Below, in pieces: positions 10,231 to 19,500 of a stretch of 64,000 bases of DNA (its first letter is position 1; every line of letters begins with the position of its first letter). Position numbers and translations under genes: made by a program. The stretch is taken from the IMG/VR virus record IMGVR_UViG_3300042261_000868, positions 16,665 to 80,664 of that record. One strand, given 5' to 3'. Origin of the DNA: a virus. The notes below the pieces were generated by a model. That model did no database searches and was not told the origin of the DNA. It saw nothing but the letters and a program-made list of their open reading frames with translations.

Positions 10231-10263
10231 AAAAAAGCCACCCCTAAAAAGGGTGGCTTTTTT
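10231..10263 (+). terminator. intrinsic terminator
   Basis: AAAAAAGCCACCC-CTAAAAA-GGGTGGCTTTTTT hairpin with U tract. Confidence 0.85.
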
Positions 10264-10290
10264 GTTATAATCATATATGGAGAATTTTTT

Positions 10291-10737
10291 ATGAGTTCAT
10301 TATCAATACCAATGGCTGAAGTTTTAGAGTTAATTAAATCAGATAAAACACTAAGAGCCGCTATTTTAGAAAAAGATGATGCAATCATTGATGATCTTTA
10401 TAAGTTTATAGGCACACCAAATTGCCCATCTTGTATTGCTAAAGTGCAAGATTTTGTAAATCAAAATATTGATTTTATAAATACATTAGTAAAGAGCATT
10501 CAGAAACCAATCCCCAGCCCAGAGAAAGTAACACCACCTAAAGTCACCGAATCTCACCCCGCTGTCCCCACACCAATGAAGGTAGCTGGTGAAGTATATG
10601 AGATAGATGCTGACCCAAACCAATATAAAGAGCTAATTGAGTTATCTCAATCTCAAAGGTGGTTATATAGAGGATTAACGGTAGTTGAGAAAATTAACGA
10701 TGAGGGTAAAAAGGTTTGGATGATAATGTTCTATTAA
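10291..10737 (+). CDS. hypothetical protein with CxxC
   Basis: GGAG RBS; CPSC motif; directly precedes the baseplate genes. Confidence 0.7.
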   Translation: MSSLSIPMAEVLELIKSDKTLRAAILEKDDAIIDDLYKFIGTPNCPSCIAKVQDFVNQNIDFINTLVKSIQKPIPSPEKVTPPKVTESHPAVPTPMKVAGEVYEIDADPNQYKELIELSQSQRWLYRGLTVVEKINDEGKKVWMIMFY

Positions 10738-10747
10738 AGGAATATAA

Positions 10748-12535
10748 ATGGATGTAGATTATTCAAATTTTGAAAAAGAAGATTTTTCAATCAATGGGTT
10801 TTATAGAGCATTCGTTGAGGATAATGTAGATCCACTTAGCGTTGGGAGACTCAGAGTTCGTATTTTGGGCATCCATTCAATGGATATACTAGAAGCCCCT
10901 ACGGAAAATTTACCTTGGGCTGAACCAGTTATACCTATAGCTTATAGTGGGGGTGCTAATCTCCAGAATATTGATGTTAAGCCAGGTGTCTCCGCTGTTC
11001 CTCAAAGCAAATATGTACCAGCCCCAGTAGTCGCCCCATTAGCACAGCAAATTCCAACAACACCAACCGATAGTGTCAATAAAGCCACAACCGAATTTGT
11101 TACTATTCCAATACACCAAGATGCAAATCTTTGTAATAGTGGAACTGGTGGGCACTTTGCTGTTCCAGCCAAAGGCTCTCTTGTTTGGGTTTTCTTTGAT
11201 GGTGGGTGTCACTTAAGACCACATTATTTTGCTATGGCTACTCAAGCCAGAGATTGGAAAGCACAAAAACTTAAGATGCAAGGGGACATAGTTGACAGAG
11301 AGAATATAATTACTACATTATTTTCAACACTTTCAGCCGCCTCTGATGTAGCACCCCATAAATTTACTGGAACAGCAACCCCAAGCTCAGAAGTAAAAAC
11401 CGCACTCCAAGCACCTACTTATACCCCAACTGGTAATACCTTTGATCTCAATAATAGAACCGAAAATTTAACTTCGTGGACAACACCAGGCGGTACGACT
11501 ATCCTCGTAAACCATACTTGGGGGAAAGAACAGCTTTATATAATACACAAAGGTTATTCTCAATTTATTGACGAAAAAGGTCAAGTTACAAAAGTTGTTG
11601 GTCATACTGCCCCAACACCAGTAAATACAACAACCGCATTAAACCCAACAAATGCCAGTGGTCTTGCTAATGATGAAACGGAAATAAATGCTGGTTTAAA
11701 GAATCTTTATATCATTGGTGACTATAATATGCTTACTGTTGGCAATTGTGTTATTCAATGTAATAGTAATGTTCAAATAAACGCAATGTCAAATGTTGGA
11801 GTGGTTGCTCGCCAAGGTAATGTAAATGTACTTGCGGAATTAGGTTCAATAAACTTGGAAGCTAGTAAAGCTTCAATAAACTTAAAAGCACTTGATATTC
11901 AATTTGAAGCAGACAATAATATAACATTTAAATCAAAAAACTCAATAGATATGAATGCTGTTGCTGATGTTCAGATGAAAAGCAACGGTAAAATACTTTT
12001 AGAATCTACAAATATTGAAAGTAAAGCCACTGGTGCTTTTTCTGTAGATGCAACCAGTTCAGTTAATTTGAAAGCTGCTGGTATATCTACATATTCTTCC
12101 GATGGTGGACTAACCATTACCTCTTCAAAAACATCAGTTAATGGTGATACCTTAGTGTTGATTAATTCCGCTTTAGTTGAAATAAAAGGTACTGGTGGGG
12201 TCAATATAGAGGGAACAACCACGAATATTAAAGGTGCTACCGTTAATGTAAATGGGGATGGTGTGGTTAGTATTCTTGGTGCAACTACAAATGTTTACGG
12301 TACTGGTGCTGCTATGATTGGTGGCACTATTGCTACTATGGGTGGGGCTATAACCAATATAACGGGAATATTAACTTTGGGGATAGGTTCTGTTATTGCT
12401 GGACCTCCCGCTACACCCGTGTCTAATACTTTTACAAAACCAGAAATTCCTCCAGTAAACCCTTATGTAGAATCCCCATTCGTCCCTGCCGCTGCGGATA
12501 TACCAATAGTCGCAACACCATCTCAAATTGTATAA
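10748..12535 (+). CDS. baseplate hub/central spike protein, T4 gp5-like (OB fold plus beta-helix)
   Basis: FYRAFVEDNVDPLSVGRLRVRILGIH..LPWA..P..GSLVWVFFDGG..RP OB-fold signature; C-terminal ~8-residue beta-strand repeats. Confidence 0.85.
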   Translation: MDVDYSNFEKEDFSINGFYRAFVEDNVDPLSVGRLRVRILGIHSMDILEAPTENLPWAEPVIPIAYSGGANLQNIDVKPGVSAVPQSKYVPAPVVAPLAQQIPTTPTDSVNKATTEFVTIPIHQDANLCNSGTGGHFAVPAKGSLVWVFFDGGCHLRPHYFAMATQARDWKAQKLKMQGDIVDRENIITTLFSTLSAASDVAPHKFTGTATPSSEVKTALQAPTYTPTGNTFDLNNRTENLTSWTTPGGTTILVNHTWGKEQLYIIHKGYSQFIDEKGQVTKVVGHTAPTPVNTTTALNPTNASGLANDETEINAGLKNLYIIGDYNMLTVGNCVIQCNSNVQINAMSNVGVVARQGNVNVLAELGSINLEASKASINLKALDIQFEADNNITFKSKNSIDMNAVADVQMKSNGKILLESTNIESKATGAFSVDATSSVNLKAAGISTYSSDGGLTITSSKTSVNGDTLVLINSALVEIKGTGGVNIEGTTTNIKGATVNVNGDGVVSILGATTNVYGTGAAMIGGTIATMGGAITNITGILTLGIGSVIAGPPATPVSNTFTKPEIPPVNPYVESPFVPAAADIPIVATPSQIV

Positions 12536-12538
12536 ATA
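12531..12538 (+). promoter_or_regulatory. T4-type late promoter TATAAATA
   Basis: Exact consensus 16 nt upstream of the gp25-like ATG. Confidence 0.6.
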
Positions 12539-12554
12539 ATAAAAAGAGACTAAA

Positions 12555-12959
12555 ATGGCAAATACAAGTAACAACGAAAAGATTTTTGCTTCTGATTTAG
12601 CATTTAAGCCAACTGTATCAAACACAGGGGACTTATCTGTGGTTACTAATAGAGCAGCTATTAATCAATCTCTTTTTAACATAATTAAAACCAGAAAAGG
12701 TTCCCGTGTTGGGAATCCAGAATTTGGGGCTGGTGTGGAGACTTTTCTTTTTGAACCACTAACTCAAGATACAGCAGAAGCGATGGGTAAAGCTATCGTG
12801 AGTCAAATTACACTTTGGGAACCAAGAATAAATATATTATCTACTGAGATGAAAGTTTATGATGCTCCACAAGCAGGATATGAATTAAGTATAAGATATA
12901 TAATACTCCAGACATTCACCGAAGGGGATTATTCTTTGTTCTTAACTAAGCAAATTTAA
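12555..12959 (+). CDS. baseplate wedge protein, gp25/GPW family
   Basis: AINQSLFNIIKTRKGSR...PEFG.G....LFEP...I..WEPRI. Confidence 0.92.
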   Translation: MANTSNNEKIFASDLAFKPTVSNTGDLSVVTNRAAINQSLFNIIKTRKGSRVGNPEFGAGVETFLFEPLTQDTAEAMGKAIVSQITLWEPRINILSTEMKVYDAPQAGYELSIRYIILQTFTEGDYSLFLTKQI

Positions 12960-12968
12960 AGGTTTAAA

Positions 12969-15900
12969 ATGAAAAAAACAATAGACTATACAAAAATAGA
13001 ATTTTCAGATTTAAGAGCAGAATTAATCTCTTACTTAAAAGAAACGAACACTTTTAAGGATATTGATATTGAAGGTTCTAATATAAAGACATTCGTTGAT
13101 ATATTTGCTTACATTGGTCAATTATTTGGGTTTTATACATATGCATCAGCTAACGAACTTTTCCTTCCTACTGTCAAAAAATATAGTAATTTAATAAAAA
13201 TAGCAGAACTTTTAAAATATGAACCAAGAGGAATAACATCAGCCAAGTTAGATGTTGTTGGTTCATTAAATCCAGATTATGTTATTAGTAAAGATGGACA
13301 ACAAATTGAGATTCCAGCATATTCAATTTTCCCAGCTTCTCGTCAAACCGAATTAGGTAAAAACTTTCAATTTACCAATGTAGAACCAGTAAATTATATT
13401 ATTAGAAGTTATGGTGTTAAAGCTGTTGAACAAAGTGATATTTACTATGCTGGTTACAAGTTACCTTTAACTGCCCCAGCCGCTTTCTTCACTAACTCGA
13501 ATGCTGTTCAATTGCTCCCAACCGCTTTTACATTACCTCTTTCTAAAAATAAACAATTAAGAATACTTGAGAGAAACGATGTAACCAATTATCGTTCACC
13601 AGATATCTCAAACTACCCAGCATCTAATGGAACATCAAGTCAAGGGCAGCCATTTGAGAAAACAATCAATGCTATTGACTATGCAACCCCAATAACACCT
13701 AACACCATATGCTATTTGGTATTTAATTACTCTCAAAGTAACTCAGAACCATATCTTTCATTAACAATTGATTCAAACATATTTAACACAAAAGAGGACG
13801 ATGTTATATGTTCGTTGCAGCTAGTACCAACCGATAATACAAACACATATTATACCCTTCAAACAATTGATGTATTAACACACAATCGCTTCTATGTTGG
13901 CACCTTGGGATTATATAATCTTGAGAGTGTGAATCTAGAGTTCCAAACAATGCAAAATCGTCCAAAGTCTCTTGAAAAAATCATTATGCATATTAATAAG
14001 GATGGGACAAACCCAGAATTAGGTGTTCTAATTAACGGGAATACCTATACCTTTAGTTCTGGTACAATTGAATCACAGAAACTAAAACCAAATTCTTTTG
14101 ACTTATCAGTTACCGAATATAATGTAAATCTTTGTCTTGATTCACCCGACTCACCAGAAATAAATTATGGTGCAAGACTCGAAATAACAACAAACTCTCC
14201 AATAGACTCACAAGCAACCATAGCAAAAATATACACCCAAAGACAAGATACACTAACAGCCACCCCAACAATTACAAATACCAACGGTGGTAGATTCGGT
14301 GACATAGCTGTAGTCAGTGTCATTGAACCAGAAACCTCTAATCAAAAGAACGGAATAGTTACTTTCTCATCTGGACAAGACAACTCAAAAGTTGTTTTTA
14401 ATAAACCATTTAGTACAAATAACTATCATATTTCTTTAGGTTCCACACAAAATATCAGAAAATGGTATGCAAACCAAAACATAAATGGGTTCACTCTTTA
14501 TATTGAACCAGATTCCAACTTTAGTGGAGATATATCTTGGGTAGCCACCGAAACGATCCCAAATAATCTCACCGAAATAAAAGTGTTTTTTGATAAACCA
14601 CTTCCAAAAGTATTGGAAAACAACACATTAACCAGTAACTATATGGTTTCATTAACACCTAGCGAAAACATTGAGATTTGGTACGAAAACCTAACTCAAG
14701 ATGGGTTCACTATAAAAACAAGTCGCAATTATGCTGGTAGAGTTTCTTGGAGTGCTTATAATTATTTTGACAATGAATTTACACCAGTAGAAAACATAAG
14801 TCAATCTCTCCGTCAAACTGGTAAAGTTGTCTTGAGAGCAGTTAGTACATATAATATAGTTCTTGAGACGCCAATAAGTGACGAGAACTATTCCATACAA
14901 TTAACTACAGATAAAGATGTTAAAGTTTGGTACACAGACAAATTATCACAAGGTTTCACTATTAATGTTGAAGAAAGTGCCTCCTCAAGTGATACTACAG
15001 TTAACTGGACTGTAGAAAGTTCAGAAACAGATTATCTATATCAAGCACATGGAGAAGTTCAATTCGCTGGTCAAACCACCCTCCACAACTATATACCTGG
15101 CTATACTTTCACAAACATACCAGAATCATTCCAAATCAACAACCTTTACGAAGGCACCCCTAAAATATCACATATTAACTCAAACCTTGTTATTGACACG
15201 GTTGGTAATGCTCTTCAATTATCATTAGATCCACATAGAATTTATGAGGATGATGTAAAATTCATAATCGGTAATACTGTCATATCATCAAACACCATTA
15301 GAGTATTCGTCAAAAATAGCGAAGGTAAGTGGGACGAGTGGGAAAGAGCGGGGTTTGTATTCAATAAGACATTAAATGTCGGGGAGAAAATCTTTAAGAT
15401 ATCCATAAATTCTGATAGTAAACTTAGTATTGAATTTGGTAACGGGTCAAACTGGGGAACCAGTATTAAGGATACCGAGTTAATTGTATTTGGATTAGAG
15501 TCTGTGGGTAAAGAAGGAAACATCACAAAAGGCACCCTTTCATCAAATGTTATACTTTCCCAATATATCTTAGGTAATGATATTACATCGGTTGATTTTG
15601 AGCAAAACCTAATAAACTTAATCGGTTTAAAACAAAAACTCTATTTCTCTGGCAACTCTGTTGAAACATCAATTATAGACTCAGAAAATACAAAACTTGA
15701 ATTTACTGATATTACGGTTGAACAAAACAAAAATGCCTTCGGCGGAAATGAAATTGAATCAACTGAAGAGTTACGTCAAAACGCAAATAACTTTTTCGTA
15801 TCTCAAAGTAGACTTGTATCACTAGATGATTATAATAGATACATATCATCTGCATTCACTGATTATCTTTTAAAGACCAAGGTTTTGTCTTTCAAAGAAG

Positions 15901-16547
15901 CAAAGGAATTTGGTTTAATTCCATCAACCGAGCCAGCAAATTATTGGTTTAACTATATCTTTGTAATTGGTTTAAATAAAGACGGATCAAACATCATAAG
16001 TAAGATTCTTAAAGACTTCTTAATTGATTCCCTTGATAAATCAACATTTAAAATGGTTGGCGTTGACCACGAAATTATCAATGCAAATTGGGTGCCTATA
16101 GATATCGCTATTCGCTATAAGAAGTCTAAAGGCGGAAGCTACCAGAACATTGAAACACAAATGAAGAATAACCTTGAGCAATATTTTTCTGACTACTCAA
16201 TACACGAACTTGGTGAAACTATTTACCACTCCACTATCAGTTCACTAATCAAAGTAGATAATGTTGAAACTTTTGAAGTTATGCTTAACAAAAACCCAGA
16301 TAATAAACTACAAGCAAACGACTACAATGTTAACTTCTCAACATCAGATGCCGATGTAAATATTGCTAGAAGAAATAGATTGATGGAATTAGTTGCTAAA
16401 GATCCAAGTTTAGTTAAAATCTATCAACCTTTATTTGACACCCTAAATGTAGATGGTACGAGAGAATGGAATTACAGTCTTGATGTAACTCTCGAACAAT
16501 TTGAATATCCAAAGCTTGGAAGTGTTATAATCGAGAAACAAGGATAA
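12969..16547 (+). CDS. baseplate wedge protein, T4 gp6-like, with large inserted domains
   Basis: N-terminal F.DLR.ELISYLK...FKD.D.EGSN...ANE.FL.T; IEFGNG; GG.E.ES.EELR.NA...SQ.RLVSLDDY; follows gp25. Confidence 0.88.
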   Translation: MKKTIDYTKIEFSDLRAELISYLKETNTFKDIDIEGSNIKTFVDIFAYIGQLFGFYTYASANELFLPTVKKYSNLIKIAELLKYEPRGITSAKLDVVGSLNPDYVISKDGQQIEIPAYSIFPASRQTELGKNFQFTNVEPVNYIIRSYGVKAVEQSDIYYAGYKLPLTAPAAFFTNSNAVQLLPTAFTLPLSKNKQLRILERNDVTNYRSPDISNYPASNGTSSQGQPFEKTINAIDYATPITPNTICYLVFNYSQSNSEPYLSLTIDSNIFNTKEDDVICSLQLVPTDNTNTYYTLQTIDVLTHNRFYVGTLGLYNLESVNLEFQTMQNRPKSLEKIIMHINKDGTNPELGVLINGNTYTFSSGTIESQKLKPNSFDLSVTEYNVNLCLDSPDSPEINYGARLEITTNSPIDSQATIAKIYTQRQDTLTATPTITNTNGGRFGDIAVVSVIEPETSNQKNGIVTFSSGQDNSKVVFNKPFSTNNYHISLGSTQNIRKWYANQNINGFTLYIEPDSNFSGDISWVATETIPNNLTEIKVFFDKPLPKVLENNTLTSNYMVSLTPSENIEIWYENLTQDGFTIKTSRNYAGRVSWSAYNYFDNEFTPVENISQSLRQTGKVVLRAVSTYNIVLETPISDENYSIQLTTDKDVKVWYTDKLSQGFTINVEESASSSDTTVNWTVESSETDYLYQAHGEVQFAGQTTLHNYIPGYTFTNIPESFQINNLYEGTPKISHINSNLVIDTVGNALQLSLDPHRIYEDDVKFIIGNTVISSNTIRVFVKNSEGKWDEWERAGFVFNKTLNVGEKIFKISINSDSKLSIEFGNGSNWGTSIKDTELIVFGLESVGKEGNITKGTLSSNVILSQYILGNDITSVDFEQNLINLIGLKQKLYFSGNSVETSIIDSENTKLEFTDITVEQNKNAFGGNEIESTEELRQNANNFFVSQSRLVSLDDYNRYISSAFTDYLLKTKVLSFKEAKEFGLIPSTEPANYWFNYIFVIGLNKDGSNIISKILKDFLIDSLDKSTFKMVGVDHEIINANWVPIDIAIRYKKSKGGSYQNIETQMKNNLEQYFSDYSIHELGETIYHSTISSLIKVDNVETFEVMLNKNPDNKLQANDYNVNFSTSDADVNIARRNRLMELVAKDPSLVKIYQPLFDTLNVDGTREWNYSLDVTLEQFEYPKLGSVIIEKQG

Positions 16548-16554
16548 ATTTTAA

Positions 16555-19500
16555 ATGGCATTTAACGCAGATTTTACTATTGATAATGATGGTATCCACG
16601 CCAACGAAAAGATTTATTTTAAAAACACATCAACAAGTGGGTTTTTGATAGACAGTGATTTCTTGGAGATTGATGGGGATGTTACAAAAGCAGATTTAGA
16701 CCTATCTAATTATATAGTAAGTAGTATTAGTAAATTACAATGGTCATTCACTGATGGTAACTTTTTTAATACTGACGATGTTATCCATAGATTTAAAGAA
16801 TCTAAAACTGAGAGAGTCACTCTAAAGATTTGGTCAGAGGCTTTCGTTTATCAAGGAACCACCTTTTACTTCACACATAACATAACTAAAGATGTAGATG
16901 TTCAGTCTAGATTCTATAAGTTTATAAAGGATCATTATCCAATCTACGACGACATTACATCAAACGAACTTGATGATTTAATGAAGTCGGCTGGTAAGTT
17001 TTTTGATAGAATGCATACCGATATTGGTGGATTAACTTCTCTAATAGATATTCATAGAATAGACCCAGAGTATCTTGAATATTGGGCACTTACTTTAGGA
17101 CACACAGAGTATGCAAAGAAGGTTGGATATCAACTTAAAACAAATGATTTTGACAACTATGATATCTTTGATAAAATTAAATATAATACAGCAACGAGTA
17201 AAGAGATAGATACATTAAGAAACTTTTTACTCTTTAGTGCTGATTTGTTTAGAAATAAGGGAACCCCCGATAATATTATTAAGTTCCTTAAGTTCTTTGG
17301 TGTTGATGCTAAAATCAAAGACCTATGGACACAATCTTGGACAGCTATTCTCAGACCATCTATCGTTGAAACATTTAGTGGTTATACAGACTTTGACGAT
17401 AACCAATTAAAATTAAAATGGGATAACATAAAGGTTGCCGATTTTGATAACTCAAAGAGTCACTTCATAAAGAACTTTAGTTCTATAATTCTTGATAGTT
17501 ACCATATCGTTGAGGAGATTGAGAATCCTTATGATGAAGTAGCAACTGTTGCTGTGTCTGGTGATAAACTTGGTTGGAAGGAATTTGAATTAACCACTAA
17601 TTACGGTTTAACTGCCTCTCCATCTATAATCTCGCATATCTTTAAAATAAACGGAAGCCCAGTATTAGACTCAGAAACCGATGACTTCACTCTTTATACA
17701 GATGTGGTTCCAAACAACCCAACCAGATTTGACTCAGAGAAGTATTCGGTATTACAAATTGATCCAACAGTAATAGCTGACGGAGATAGATTTAGCATAC
17801 TTTACGATTTACCATACGATGGTAAGAAAGACTGTATCGTTACCACAACAACTGAAAAGGTTAAAGATTTTGACTTAAAGGTTTCTTTTAGGACAAAACA
17901 AGAGAACACAAGGACCAATCTCTACAGGGCACCAGACAATGAAATATTCGTTTCATTTAGAGGAACAAAGAGTTCAATAGACAACAATTCAGATTATAAT
18001 AACTTCTATAAATTCTCTATTAACACAGATAGATCAACATTCTCCCTTTCAAAAATCATCTTAAGCGAAAGCATAAACGACTACTTGACTCAACACATTA
18101 GTCTTAGTTATAATAACGACGAAGTTTATGAGCCAATTATAATCTATCCAGAAACATCTTCTATCTCAGCCAGTGAGGTATTTGTATTTGATCGTGAAAA
18201 AGAATATGAGCTTCTTTTAATGGTCAATGGTTCTTCACTTTCAAGTTATGTTAGAGAAAAGAGAAACGAAAATGAAGTTAAAGCTGATATAAGCAACTTC
18301 AAAGGAAACAATAACATTTATGGTGTTACAGAAATTGAATGGACACCGCTCATTGAGAACTTCTCTTTTGATGTTCTTCCAAAAAAAGTAAAGACGGTTG
18401 ATGCTTATGGTAACGAGATGTATGCCGAGACATACAAAGTAATTAACGAGGCTGGATATTATGGATTTGGTGTTAAAGACGGTATAGTTGAATATACCAG
18501 AATTGAACTAAATAACCTTGACCCAGATACTCGTTTATATAACGAAGTTGAAAAGGAATTGGAATTAAAACCAAAACATCTTGAAAGAATACCATCCTAT
18601 GAAACCAGAATGGATAACTACGAGAATACAAAAAAGGACTTCTTAAAGGTTGTTTCAGAAGACTTTAAGACAAACTCCACATATGATGTATCAAAAGAGG
18701 AATCCAAATCCCTTGATATCTTATTCGTAGACAAGGCATCTGTTCCTCAAACATTAGGAACAAGACTTACTGTTAACTTCAACCAAAATTGGATTAATAG
18801 CAATTTCACAAGTGACGAAGATTTAATTAATAAAATAATTATTCCAATTGGTAGCCAAAGAAACTGGTTTATACCAGAACAAAGAGTCTTAAGTAGTTCA
18901 AACTACGAAAGTTACAACACAACAAGTGGAGCACCTGGCTTCTTCTCTGCTGATTTCTCCCCAATGCTTGGTGAATATTCCCTTGAGCCACTTGATAGTT
19001 TCTCGTCAGTGTCAAGAGCAAACATTGATACATATACACTCAACTTTAATAGCAGACTACAGCAATATATTGATTATAGGTCCGATGGGTTTACCCTTGA
19101 TGGTGTTTGGGAAGAGGTATATCCTTATTCAAATGTTTTTGAGTCTATTTCCAAAGATATTGTTTTAGATGACTCGTCCATATATGTGAATAAAATGTTC
19201 GTACCTATTACGGTTGACATTGCAGAGGGTACAAGAATATTGGGAGTCAAGTTCAAGAACTGCGATAACATAAAGTCCCTCATAAGCAGATATGGTACAG
19301 AGTTCAATAAAGAAGTCCAATTGTGGGGTAGCTTTACCTTCCATGTGCCTTGCAATACTACTCTTTATAAGCCATCTTCTTACCCATTAGAAGAATCCAA
19401 TAAGTTCCCTGGTCACTATATGATGACCATTTTCGTACCGCTTGGTATATTAAACGAAGCTGTTTTGAATTATAGTTTAGGTAGAGAGTTCACCCAACAG

